Positions 43,401-52,933 are shown, numbered from the whole stretch's first letter. The stretch: DNA of 53,348 bases, filler included, from Stramenopiles sp. TOSAG23-3 (GCA_900128585.1; 4 parts of 4 records of this genome joined end to end with filler, not necessarily neighbours in it); one strand, 5' to 3'. Notes: a model not told the origin generated them from the sequence alone. Numbers and translations: made by a program.

Positions 43401-44320
43401 TCTATTGCCCCACCCGTCGAAACAAATTCTTTGCCGTTAGGCGCGAAGGAGACGGCGGTCACTACATCAGTGTGTCCATGAAACGTGTGCAGCTTGCGCA
43501 TACGCTTCGTTTCAAACAGGTTAATAGTCTTGTCACTACTGCATGTGATCAAGAATTTTCCATCTGTCGACAGGTCCATGCAATGAATTGGCTCAAAGTG
43601 AGCGTTTTCAACTATTTTTAGACACTTGTTAGACTCGATAAATCCGCGTAGTTCAGCATCCCACTTTCGAATCGAAAAATCTTGAGAGACGGACAGGATC
43701 TCTTTAGGTTGTGGAACAATGCCCCCATCCGGCACAGCTGAAATCAACTGTAATCTGCTAATAAAACCTTTATGGGCCTTTATCGTCGACAATTGGGTGC
43801 ACCGTAACATATCCCAAATTACTATAGTGTGATCGTCTGAAGAAGAAAACATGAGCTTTTCGTCCTTCGAGACCACAAAGTGTCGCACACCTGCATCGTG
43901 CCCCACATACTCTTTTATTACATTTGGCGAAGCCATTTCAATTTCCATCCCCTCGTACCACCCTTTATTCATCAATTTGCCCTTCCCTTTGTTGCTATTC
44001 CCCACTGCCTTCACTCTTGCTGCCTCGCATTTTTCTTGTATTTTATCTTGACGATCTAGAAACTTGGCAAAGTTGTACAAGCGCAGTTTAGTTTCTCGCG
44101 CAAAGGACAGCGAGTCTTCGATCTGCATAAGGCGCTGCTCTTCTTCTCTTAGTTGGTATGTAACTGCCCACCGGTAATTTCGTTTCTCTGCGGCATCCCC
44201 CGCCTTTTTTGCTTCTAATTTCTTCACCCGCTCCGCACGCTTCTTCTGTTTTACCTGGAGGTCCATTTTTTCCTCCTCGGTCATACCGCTGGTGTTCAAT
44301 TTCAACTCAAGCGACGCCAT
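40442..44320 (-). CDS. WD40-repeat plus fibronectin type III repeat protein
   Basis: GH..WD repeats (GHDAGV..DHTIVIWD, GHTDVV..TIKQWD, GHTGWI..DHTIKIW, GHTDWV..DHSVRIWN). About five FN3 units follow (LTPGISYQVRVRAVNKIG, LKPGVLYQFRVAAINRVG, LEPGTFFECQFAAINGEG, LDSSTVYEFILCAGNDIG, LSSGKTYVFRMTAINKVG). Confidence 0.9.
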   Translation of the reverse strand: MASLELKLNTSGMTEEEKMDLQVKQKKRAERVKKLEAKKAGDAAEKRNYRWAVTYQLREEEQRLMQIEDSLSFARETKLRLYNFAKFLDRQDKIQEKCEAARVKAVGNSNKGKGKLMNKGWYEGMEIEMASPNVIKEYVGHDAGVRHFVVSKDEKLMFSSSDDHTIVIWDMLRCTQLSTIKAHKGFISRLQLISAVPDGGIVPQPKEILSVSQDFSIRKWDAELRGFIESNKCLKIVENAHFEPIHCMDLSTDGKFLITCSSDKTINLFETKRMRKLHTFHGHTDVVTAVSFAPNGKEFVSTGGAIDPTIKQWDVQIFQRLPQTEWPPEYVPVHRGFFGKMRVNAGNYTVYEDRMETEKEKKERLEKERKAKEDVANFKLAASAARKAATPNANYSPSNSDDDDKESKDGESSDGTVENSDAESDRNSNSENKDKVDEKGVGATKKMWDLRKRNTIDEIALRGGLIRTFDMRKFGVRWFGHTGWINTCRYSRSGRRIATGSVDHTIKIWKPKDGTLVSTLTGHTDWVMSVTWSPDDERLISGGADHSVRIWNVKNRLMLKVLHGHADVVHHAVELPSGHVLSSSLDTFIKMWQIKPVPPYAPDKPKITKIDQYFMDISWEAPPAMGEKIIEYIIERREGAPNPDLEAEWGHSFHLGVCDVLELHIDELTPGISYQVRVRAVNKIGKSDWSTPSRWARTYAAEPLRIVAPSVETVTKTSIALSWRQPKDMGAHILNIRLQLRGGDVRSFGDFPDKVIEINDARKGAADVAHAIKHRAKEQLRKMKIKEGMKQIEVRRLRVRKKLLKIEVRKKRKALLKDHGDAQPGHNALLATVVTGLKPGVLYQFRVAAINRVGIGPWSRPSFSTATAATIPMPPDTFAITEKQVTSLFYEWKPPYDNGAIINGYKLRYRPCLKQVDGGKEEETPEEDEEELRGPSKTDAPEKTEKEPEKWLIYRISTIQPWRREITFLEPGTFFECQFAAINGEGLGPWCSPVIARTAISPPDSPDTAFPVSEGPTKMRVHFRRPYHNGGTVHTYKIRWRQGGLSVGATFTESNELTLVDDECQGYCPQNIVQLEFERNKRLKRDRATKTRGDGTGEDEDNGYNGWRSVLISGLDSSTVYEFILCAGNDIGFSEFNEPSDEVPTDRAKVPKVMDPPKCSEETMNTVDLTWEAPFHNGGRITQYAYSHMEIGTGRWEEGVIFDELDPGQMTATAERLSSGKTYVFRMTAINKVGQGKWSSASEEIRCPTKMEYVMISHKRKVERDAKEKLERQQEKERKAKEKEKAGEEDDF

Positions 44321-45119
44321 CTTCTAACACCCGTGCGACTCGCGTGTTTTCCTTTCCCGAAGTTGGCGAAAAAACTCATTGCGTTTTGCCCCTTTAAATA
44401 AATTCGAACGAACAAATTCTCAATTGGCATAGTTGACACATATACAAGAAGGCGGTAGTGCATTGGTACTATGCATTAAATTCATTATTAATATTATTGT
44501 TGAGGAAGAAGAAATTGAATGATGGTTTTGAAAATACTTCTACTACTACTTCTTAGTCTACCGACGACCAAAAGCAAACGAAGGAGGGCGCAGCACGTAT
44601 TATTATTTTAATTATTGTAAAATATAAATAGGAAGGTAGTTTGTGTGAATTGATGAATGATGGATGATAATAATAAAATACTTGACTTCCTTATTTAGTT
44701 TAGTCTAGTCGTCTAGTCTATCTCTATATTAATAAATTATATATAAATTATAGTCGGTTCTAATACCCATGATGATGATGATGATGGATGGTAACAACTG
44801 CTGTGTTTTCGAATATATTTATGTATCTATGTACATTATAATAACATATATAATTCCAATTAATACTTCTTCTTCTTCAACAGACGCAGACAGCAACAAG
44901 CAAGCGGCGGGGTTTTTATTTTATTATTTATTAAATTTTGGATTTCAGGAGGAGGAGGAGGTAATGTACAATATATTACATTACATTTCATAGTAGACTA
45001 GACAACTAACTATAGCACCCTGGCCTTATCAGAGACAATAAAGTACAATATCATAGTATTCTTGGTGAACAATGATAGGTAGGTACGGTACATTTTAGTA
45101 ATTACATTAGCTTAATTAC

Positions 45120-47914
45120 CTACCTACCTTCTACTCGCCGAAGTTCTTGTCTCAAATTGCTGCTCCTTGCATTAATTTCCCCCAATCGGTTTTCAATCAG
45201 CTTCTTCCGATGGCGGGCATCCATGCGGCGTTTTGCAATGCTTTCGGTGCGCATCAACTCCGTTTCCAACCGAGTTTTTTCTAGGCCCAAACGAACCAGC
45301 TCGTCTTCGATATCTGACATTAGGGTGCGTTGTAATTTCATAGATGCTTCCGTTGCAAACGGGGCAGCTTCGCTGCGACGTGTGCGCTGATCTCTTAGGT
45401 TTTGGGTAAATTTGCTCTTCACGACTTGCGGGTCTTCAATTTTAAAGTTAGAACGCTTTTGTTTGGCCGCAAATGTCTGCGCCTCTACGTAGAGTGGCGA
45501 ATTACTGCCGCGAGCAGTACGCATGGGCTCCGGGCTCTTTATTCCTATTTCAGTCGCGGGCATTTCATCGATTCGTGCAGCCCTGCTCTCTCGTGCAGCT
45601 TGCTTTTGTCTTGCCCTTGCCATTGCCTCCGAAAATGATATTGCAGCCGCTGCCTTGTCACCATCTTCGTGTGATCTTGGTGCACTGTTTTCCTGGGAGT
45701 CGCGCTGAATGTTTTTATTGGAATACCCCCCCTGCACTTCGGTGCGGGATTCATTCACTGCCATGGGAAAACTATTTGAATCGATCACGGGAACTGCATT
45801 TTCAAACCTTCGCATCTCCGGCTCGGTTACTACTGCCGCTTGTGGTGGTGTTTTGGTTGTTGTCGCAGCCTGCTGTTGAAACACCCTGTCCGTAGCGGTG
45901 GTTTTAGATTCTTCAACGGCATCCCCAAACTCTCCTGGGCCACCCCATTGCGATTTTCTTCTCAGCAGGGGTCTCGTTGCAGGGCTTATGGGGTTGGCAG
46001 AGTCTATTCTATTATCCCGAGCTACTACTTCGGGTGCTCGCCCCTGCGGGGAAGGTGGTGGTTCAACGGGTTGCTGAGTTTGTCTTCGTCCCAGCCTACT
46101 ATCGTCTCTTGGCGCATTTTGAAAACGGTTGTGGAAAGCCATTTGCCGTTGCCCTATGCCCCCGCCATAAGGGCTATTTTGTTGAATGTTCTCCCTATTG
46201 TACGGCGAATAATTGTGCTTTGGAGTAGGGCTTTTTTCCCTATGGTGGAAGGAGGCTGGAGCCCCAGCCGCAACCATACCTTTAAGCTTCATGGCATTTT
46301 CTAGAACATCTTTGTGGCAACGCATTTCATAAAGCTCGTGGCTGAGGTTTTCGATCTTGTCTGCGGCAGCGCGCAACGCCCTTTCTTTTTTATCCAGTTC
46401 TTGGTTTACAACATCGTTTTGCCGTTTGGTTTTTTGGTTTTGATATTCTGCCTGGGCCATATTTGCTGCGTCTAACTCCATTTGCCGTTTCGTAGATTTA
46501 AGCTGGCTTTCGTAGTCGTCTCGCTGGACTCGAAATGCGTTTGAAGATTTGCTCCATTTTTCAACATCGACGATGAGCTTCTCTCGTTCAGCTCTCAGCG
46601 AGTTGAGTTCAGCCTCAAGGCTGCGTTCGTGGGCTTGGGCAGTCGCTGCCAAAGAGCTGTACTTCTTGACTTGATCTTGCAGCTCCTCTTCTCTCTTTCG
46701 GAAGACCGTTTCTAGATCATTTATTGACGTTGGTCGAGACCCAGTACTATCCTTTTTCAGACTTTCCACGAGCAGTTCCAATTTTTTCACTTCGTCCTGT
46801 TCTTCCGCAAGTTGTGCCTGCACGCTGTTTGACTCGTCTACTTTTGATTGCAAAACCCGAAGTTCGTCTTCCAGAAAGAAAACTTCTTGCTGCGTAGAGT
46901 GCAGTTCTTTTTCCAATGATGCTGCTCGAGTACCAAGTTGTCCTTCGGTCTGGTTGGTAGTAGTAGTATCTGAGACAGCAAAGCCTGGGGATACATGCGA
47001 CATGGCAGTTCCTTCGCCGGGTTTACCACCATCCCGTGAGCCTTGCAAGTTGTGGGTTTGTGGGCCCCTTGAACTATTGGACCTTTCCTCCGCAGCAGAG
47101 ATGCGTTGTTCTAGACTACGAATCTTGCTCTCATAATCTTGCTTCATTGAGTTAATTTCCTTTTTCAGAAGCGTGGCGGTTTCCTGGGCGGATGGCCCAT
47201 TCTCCACAACTCTCCCAGTGGCATTGGCGTGGGGAGACGCGCTTTGCATTAATTGCGAGGGAGAAGCGGTAGAGCCGTTGCGCAGCAAATTGCCTTGTGA
47301 AAAAACACCAGGGCTCCATTTATTGACGTACCGTGATTGGGCAGTTAGTTCTTGCTCACCACTTAAATCTGGGGAGCCGGCAATTGCCGCAACCCTATGA
47401 GTTGGGATCGAGGTGGATTTGTACGCCGGCCCACCATACGTAGGCGAGTTCGGGTAAAACCCTGCTTGCAGTGTTGCAGGTGGCGGGGGAGGCGGCAAGT
47501 TGCCAGCACCATAAAATGCCCCTGGGTTGAATAGCATTGGCGGACGCGGCAAGCCTTGAATCTGTTGAAGATAAGCCTCTTCCAGCATGCGCTGTTGTTG
47601 CTCACGAACAGCAGCCTCTACGAGACTATTATTATCGGCGGGGTGGCCAGGGGGCGGCTGTCTTGCCGTCTGGTTCAAGGCGCTCGCTGCCGACCTTGAC
47701 GACGACGCTGCACGAGCAGACTCGGTGCCTTCATGTTCTATCCCTGGGATCTCCCCAACACCGGCATCGTTCTGTGTTGGGGGACTTCCACACGTAACGG
47801 GGACGTTGCTTTTGGGAAGGCGGGTTGTCCGTCGTCACCTTGCCGATGGTGGTTGCCAAGGCCCCCACCGATCTCTTCTTCGTCGTCGCTAACTACAAAC
47901 GACAAATCATCCAT
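45120..47914 (-). CDS. coiled-coil protein with MPP9 (MPHOSPH9)-like C-terminal helical hairpin; frame break in the 5' part
   Basis: Central coiled coil. The C-terminus IEDELVRLGLEKTRLETELMR...ARHRKKLIENRLGEINARSSNLRQELR resembles the MPHOSPH9 C-terminal domain (by-eye). ATG 47914 (MDDLSFVVSDDEEE) is in a different frame from the main ORF; the frames overlap at about 47740-47835. Confidence 0.7.
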
Positions 47915-49086
47915 ATTGACCAATATTATTATCGCAGCTTCAACTATTATGTTTCCGAGAAGGTAATATTCAAGCGCGACCCAGCAATCAGCCAACCTCC
48001 TAGCACGCACTCACCGACTTGTAGTTGAAAATTGATGAGGGGTTTGGAGGAGGGGGGCACCAATACACGCGCACCTGCAGAAACTACGCAGTCCAAAATT
48101 CTATTCTGGTGAGACCGACACAACAAACGGAACACAAGAACGTGCGATGCTGTACCTGGAGAACGAATGACCTGTGAAATTCTGCTCAGAGACGAATGGT
48201 CCTATTTCCCATGACAGTTGCTTCTATCGTCCCATTCGTTTATTGAAGAAGCTCTTCTCGTACTGTGTATAATCATCTGCATTATTATATATATATTATT
48301 ATTATCTCTGTCACACTCTATCTAACCGCGGAGGAGGAGGAGAGAAAAAAAACTCTCCTCACAAACGAAAGAGCAGCGCAGGGGGGGGTCACAACAGGAA
48401 CAGAGCATTACGAACATCCATTTAACCATTGTGTGTGTTTGAATTATCGATCCTGGCGCAGATTTGAATAGGGAATTTTCCTTGGGCTGGGCTGCCTGCC
48501 TCTCCATCCAGCCTTGCCTACCCTTACCTTTCTCCTCGTTACAATATTCGTGTTAATATTAGGGTTGTATATTTAGGCGTTATTGTGATTAAATTAAACT
48601 TAAATATATGTATCTGTTTATTTTATGCAATTAAATATAGATTTTAGTCTTGATTAGTGTTAGATTGCATAAAATATAATTTGTATTATAATGATAATTA
48701 AATCTATTAATAATGCAAATATACATTATTATATTATAAATTATGAGTTTAAAGTCATAAATAGTGTAAAGTACGATAATACCATTTTAGATTGTTTTGA
48801 ACTTTTATATACATATTTGAGGTACAAATGATTATATTATGAATAAAAACATATTATATAGACACTATTATAATTATTTAATAATACCCTAGATTTAACT
48901 CTACTAATGGAACGCCTCGCAGCTTTAAAATGCCTGAAAATTCCCACGGTCGTTTGGTTCGCTGCAAGAAAGCAGTCATGTTTACATAGGTACTGTAGAG
49001 TTATACAGTAAAAGTATTCCTATACTGCTCCAGGAATCAAACTCCAGAACCCTGTACTGTACTTTTCCAATAAAGCCTCGCCTCCG

Positions 49087-49186
49087 NNNNNNNNNNNNNN
49101 NNNNNNNNNNNNNNNNNNNNNNNNNNNNNNTTAATTAATTAANNNNNNNNNNNNNNNNNNNNNNNNNNNNNNNNNNNNNNNNNNNN
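49087..49186. other. artificial contig linker
   Basis: 44 N + TTAATTAATTAA + 44 N. Confidence 0.98.
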
Positions 49187-49326
49187 AGGTTTTTTTTAAG
49201 ATAATTTTGCTGCAACCAGTGCAAGCGTCCGAAAAACTCGAATGTAGACAATATTTGTACAGTCGATTATCGTATTATTGCTCTGAAATACTTGTGTACC
49301 TACTCACAGTTTTAAAATGGCGGCTC
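49187..49326 (+). repeat. left inverted repeat (140 bp)
   Basis: Reverse complement of 51079-51218 with only two mismatches (49266/51139 and 49294/51111); contains ATG GCG GCT C of ORF 49317. Confidence 0.97.
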
Positions 49327-50150
49327 GCACCAGTACAACTCGAACAAAAAAATACGAAGTTACAGTGGGGTGGACTTCAATGGCACGTCCTTATTGGGAG
49401 TACAAAAATGCGGGTGAGAATGGGCAATATATGAGATATGTGCCGAGTGACGCAGATGACAGCGCCTCCTACAAGCATAAAATTGCTTTCCAATATTTTG
49501 GGGATCCCCCAAGTGGTTGGTGGAAGGAATGGGAGAAAAAGGCAAAAGAAGCCAGGACTAAGAGGGGCGGCCCAGCGGTTAATTTGGTAGATTATCGCAC
49601 TCGTGGGACCAGTAGAAAAAGAAAAACGCCTTTAAAAGCATACTGCGTAAAATGTGAAGAAGAGATCAAGTATATTTCCAAGGAAAGAAAGGGTTTTTGC
49701 ATTGCTTGTAGTAATAAACATCGAAAACAAGTAAATGCCCAGAAGAAAGAAGCACAAAGAAATCTGGCTCTCCGAGAGACAGAGATGAGAACCCTACAGG
49801 ACCAAGTGAACATGTTTTCTGAAAATAATGATTCTTTGAAAACTGAAAATGACGTATTGCGACACAAAATCGAAAGGATATCAGCAGAAGCAGCTAAAAA
49901 TGCTTCAAAATACGACAGGCAGTTATCGTCAATCAGAAAACAACAAGAAAAAGCGAAGGCGGAAGCAGAACTTGGGGGTGAAGCTATGGCGCGAGTAGCA
50001 ACTCTGTTCATGGATATTGCAGCAATTTTTAAATCCTTAGACGCAACTGGCAAGCGAATAATGGAAGTGCGTTCATTATGCGCAGAAAATCGCTTAAGTC
50101 ATGAAAAATTATCAAAAGAGAAAATGCGTTTTATGTCCATGTTGCGTTAG
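49317..50150 (+). CDS. 277-aa protein: PWWP-like N-terminus, C4 zinc finger, coiled coil
   Basis: ATG lies inside the left IR. Motifs: WTSMARPYW...KIAFQYFGD..SGW, basic RKRK, CVKC-x14-CIAC, then a heptad coiled coil. Confidence 0.7.
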   Translation: MAARTSTTRTKKYEVTVGWTSMARPYWEYKNAGENGQYMRYVPSDADDSASYKHKIAFQYFGDPPSGWWKEWEKKAKEARTKRGGPAVNLVDYRTRGTSRKRKTPLKAYCVKCEEEIKYISKERKGFCIACSNKHRKQVNAQKKEAQRNLALRETEMRTLQDQVNMFSENNDSLKTENDVLRHKIERISAEAAKNASKYDRQLSSIRKQQEKAKAEAELGGEAMARVATLFMDIAAIFKSLDATGKRIMEVRSLCAENRLSHEKLSKEKMRFMSMLR

Positions 50151-50417
50151 ATTTTGCATCTCAAATCCGTACACTGCAGCACGTGGAAAAGTCATTCTGT
50201 TGTTGCGCATTTGGTCTTGGCATGACGCCCCCCCATCGCCAATAACTACATCTGGCTTGCCGTTTCCAATATGTATTTCTCGTAATAGTCTATGCACAGT
50301 AAAATAACTAGGTTCATCTAGTGTTCCACTCATCCCTAAGCCTGGAATGTCCGCTTTTGACTGGATTGCCCAATACTTTCTTCTACACTGTTTTGCATCT
50401 GCGGTGTGTTGCGCTTT
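50112..50417 (-). pseudogene. truncated class I SAM-methyltransferase-like fragment, in the -1 frame of ORF 50336..51088
   Basis: Open frame KAQHTADAKQCRRKYWAIQSKADIPGLGMSGTLDEPSYFTVHRLLREIHIGNGKPDVVIGDGGASCQDQMRNNRMTFPRAAVYGFEMQ... has motif I-like VIGDGGAS and motif II-like FPxAxVYGFE. It ends shortly after running into the 3' end of the opposite ORF. Confidence 0.45.
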
Positions 50418-51088
50418 TTAGTGCGCTTGCCTCGTGGGGTAAAAGCTACACCTGAAGTTGAAGCTACACCTGAGGTTGTTGGTTGAGGGGTACATGGTTT
50501 CGGCCGGACGTAAAAAAGATTGTGTTCGTTTCGTAGAATAATTAAATTCTCAGGGAATTTAATGCCAAGCTGCACACAATTATACACAATACCAAACAAA
50601 AGATAATACAACCGGCTTACCAAATGCTTACTTGTCTTTTTCCCTAAAATTGCCATCAAGCCATGTCTATTTGAAATTGGGTTTTGGATTTTTAACAGAT
50701 GTTCTTTATCACTTTCATTCGCAAGTGGGACGACAATATTAGTAATGTAGGCTTGCCATGATAATTCGAATCCTCTCCATGCATGCGGATTTATTCGTTT
50801 AACTGAATACTTCCCACCTTCAAAGGGTACTCCTTGAACGTTGTAGTACAGTTGGCGCCCGTCTTTGTCAAAAACTCCCCTTAAAAGTTTTCCTTCTGTA
50901 GGATGGGACGGCATTTCAGGCGATGGAGCTTTTTTGTACCCATAGATCGAAGGTTTGAACTCAGCACGATATGCCCATTTACAAAAATCTGAGCAAAAGC
51001 AGTATAAGGAAGCATTGTCGCACTCCGTACATTTTTTTGAAGCTGTGAGAGGCTGAAATCCCCAATAGTGCAAGACCTGAGCCGCCAT
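50336..51088 (-). CDS. 250-aa protein with FCS/MYM(TRASH)-type zinc finger
   Basis: ATG lies inside the right IR. CTEC-x7-FCSDFC finger, an 18-nt direct repeat encoding TSGVA twice, and a basic RGKRTKKR patch. Confidence 0.7.
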   Translation of the reverse strand: MAAQVLHYWGFQPLTASKKCTECDNASLYCFCSDFCKWAYRAEFKPSIYGYKKAPSPEMPSHPTEGKLLRGVFDKDGRQLYYNVQGVPFEGGKYSVKRINPHAWRGFELSWQAYITNIVVPLANESDKEHLLKIQNPISNRHGLMAILGKKTSKHLVSRLYYLLFGIVYNCVQLGIKFPENLIILRNEHNLFYVRPKPCTPQPTTSGVASTSGVAFTPRGKRTKKRNTPQMQNSVEESIGQSSQKRTFQA

Positions 51089-51218
51089 TTTAAAACTGTG
51101 AGTAGGTACATAAGTATTTCAGAGCAATAATACGATAACCGACTGTACAAATATTGTCTACATTCGAGTTTTTCGGACGCTTGCACTGGTTGCAGCAAAA
51201 TTATCTTAAAAAAAACCT
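51079..51218 (-). repeat. right inverted repeat (140 bp)
   Basis: Mirror of 49187-49326; contains ATG GCG GCT C of ORF 51088. Confidence 0.97.
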
Positions 51219-51318
51219 NNNNNNNNNNNNNNNNNNNNNNNNNNNNNNNNNNNNNNNNNNNNTTAATTAATTAANNNNNNNNNNNNNNNNNNNNNNNNNN
51301 NNNNNNNNNNNNNNNNNN
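51219..51318. other. artificial contig linker
   Basis: 44 N + TTAATTAATTAA + 44 N. Confidence 0.98.
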
Positions 51319-52933
51319 CCTTCTCCAGGCTTTCGTTCGACACTGCAATTGGTTTTCCGCTGACGGTTGAGAAAAATGAGCTGCTCGAGGCTGTAGGCTT
51401 TGAGCTCTTGCCCGCATCGCCGGTCGAAACTGTGGGGATGACTGTGCGAGGTGCTTTGAACCCTTTTCCCCCGTGTGGAAATGACGACTTTCCTGGGACA
51501 TTCGTCTCTGGAAGAGGTGCTTCAGCCTCGGACATGAATGAGGACGCTTCAGCGAGACTGGCCTTCGACAGGGATAATTTTCGACCCGACGCAGACGTGA
51601 ACAAAGAGATCGGTACGTCTACGTTCTTGCCAGATGGCGGAGAAGATGGTTCTAGGCCCGAAACTTTCTGAGTCGTCGCATGGCTTTCCGTAGTACCCCC
51701 ACATTTGTCCAGAAGAGAGGACGCTTGGGTAAGCCGACTTTCCGAAACGTGTATCAGTTTCCCCGAGGCGCTCTGAAATAAGGAAGACTTTGTGCTTGTT
51801 TTGTTAATCGTTCTGGGCATTTGCGATGGTTTGCTGGCCTCCTTCGCGGCCTTGCATCGACCGATGCTCTGCCCTTTCCTTCGCGCTTGTTGGATCGCGC
51901 CGTCTTCTTCCTCCAACAAAGTCGATGCTTTCGCTAACAAGTTTTCCGATACGTTAATTTGGCGCCCAGATGCACTTTGAAAAAGCGACTTTGCACTGCC
52001 CCCGTATTTGACTTTTCGTGGCGCGGGAAAAGGTTTAATATTCGACTGATGGGCTGCGGTATTCTTTGCATTTGACGGCAGGGAGGGATTGCTGTCATTC
52101 AGCAAGGAATCTGCGCTTCTCAAAAGGTCTTCGGAAAGCCTAATGGATTGCCCCGAAGATGCCTTCTTGAACAGCGACAGTGTGGACAGTGACGATGGTT
52201 TCTCCGGTGCCCGCTTGTTCTTATCGGGGGGTCGTTTGGCCCTCTCCGGTCGAGCTCTGCTCCCTGATTTCCTCTTCAAAAGCTGTTCAAAGCTTCTGTT
52301 CTCTTTAATATTTACATGTTGGATGCCTGGGGGATCTCTTCGAAGGCTGCTGCTGGCGTTCGAGCCCGACCAGTTTGAAAATTTCCTTCGTTCTTTGCCC
52401 TGCTCTTTCCCGGCACTTGGAGGCGATGGCAAATCGTAGATGGAGAAAGTATTATTCTCCGACTGTTTTCCATAGTTCCATCCAGAGTCAGGGGTGGATT
52501 TTTGCTGCTGCTCAATGTTCTTTGTACTAGCGGGCTGGGCGACCTGCGCACGGTGCATAACATTTTTGTTCCCCTCGTGGACTTCAGAAAACGGTAGCAT
52601 TGGAGAGGACTCGCTCCTGTTCACGGAAGAATCGTTTGAAGAGAATTGAATTGCTTCGATGCTGCTGCCCCGTTGTCCTATCGCCAACCTGTCGGAGGTC
52701 AACGGCATCTTTGGTGCTGGGAGAGCCCCCGACGGTATCGGCTTCAACGGTATCCCATTTTCGTTTTCAGAAGTGTCGACGGTTTGGAATGAAACCGAGG
52801 CAGCAATTTCCTCCCTGGCGAGCTCTCCTTGACCTTCCACCTGTATAAAAATATCCAAAGGAAGCTGCGTGACTTTGCAGTTTTCCCAACAATTCCCCTT
52901 TTCATTTAATTTCAGAGATGGTATTTGAAACAT
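51319..52933 (-). CDS. BRCA2: BRCA2-like protein, N-terminal part with at least five BRC repeats (3' truncated at the linker)
   Basis: BRC-type repeats LFKKASSGQSIRLSEDLLRSADSLL, LFQSASGRQINVSENLLAKASTLL, LFQSASGKLIHVSESRLTQASSLL, LFTSASGRKLSLSKASLAEASSFM and FFSTVSGKPIAVSNESLEK. The DNA-binding domain is not visible. Confidence 0.82.

Larger units (their letters stand above)
49187..51218. mobile_element. inverted-repeat-bounded two-gene cassette (candidate non-autonomous TIR element or invertible segment)
   Basis: The whole 2,032-bp contig is bounded by 140-bp inverted repeats enclosing two convergent ORFs. No transposase recognised; no target-site duplication visible because both flanks are linkers. 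Confidence 0.55.

Noticed and set aside
48991-49010. Palindrome TACTGTAGAGTTATACAGTA matching a LexA SOS box or Tc1/pogo-like TA-CAGT ends
   Set aside because: The context is eukaryotic with no bacterial gene nearby, and 7-bp arms are too short to call a transposon end. Worth revisiting only if it proves to be part of the extended cassette IR.
49087-51400. Cassette inserted into and disrupting BRCA2
   Set aside because: The apparent adjacency crosses artificial linkers, and the missing BRCA2 3' half is not on the other side of the cassette.
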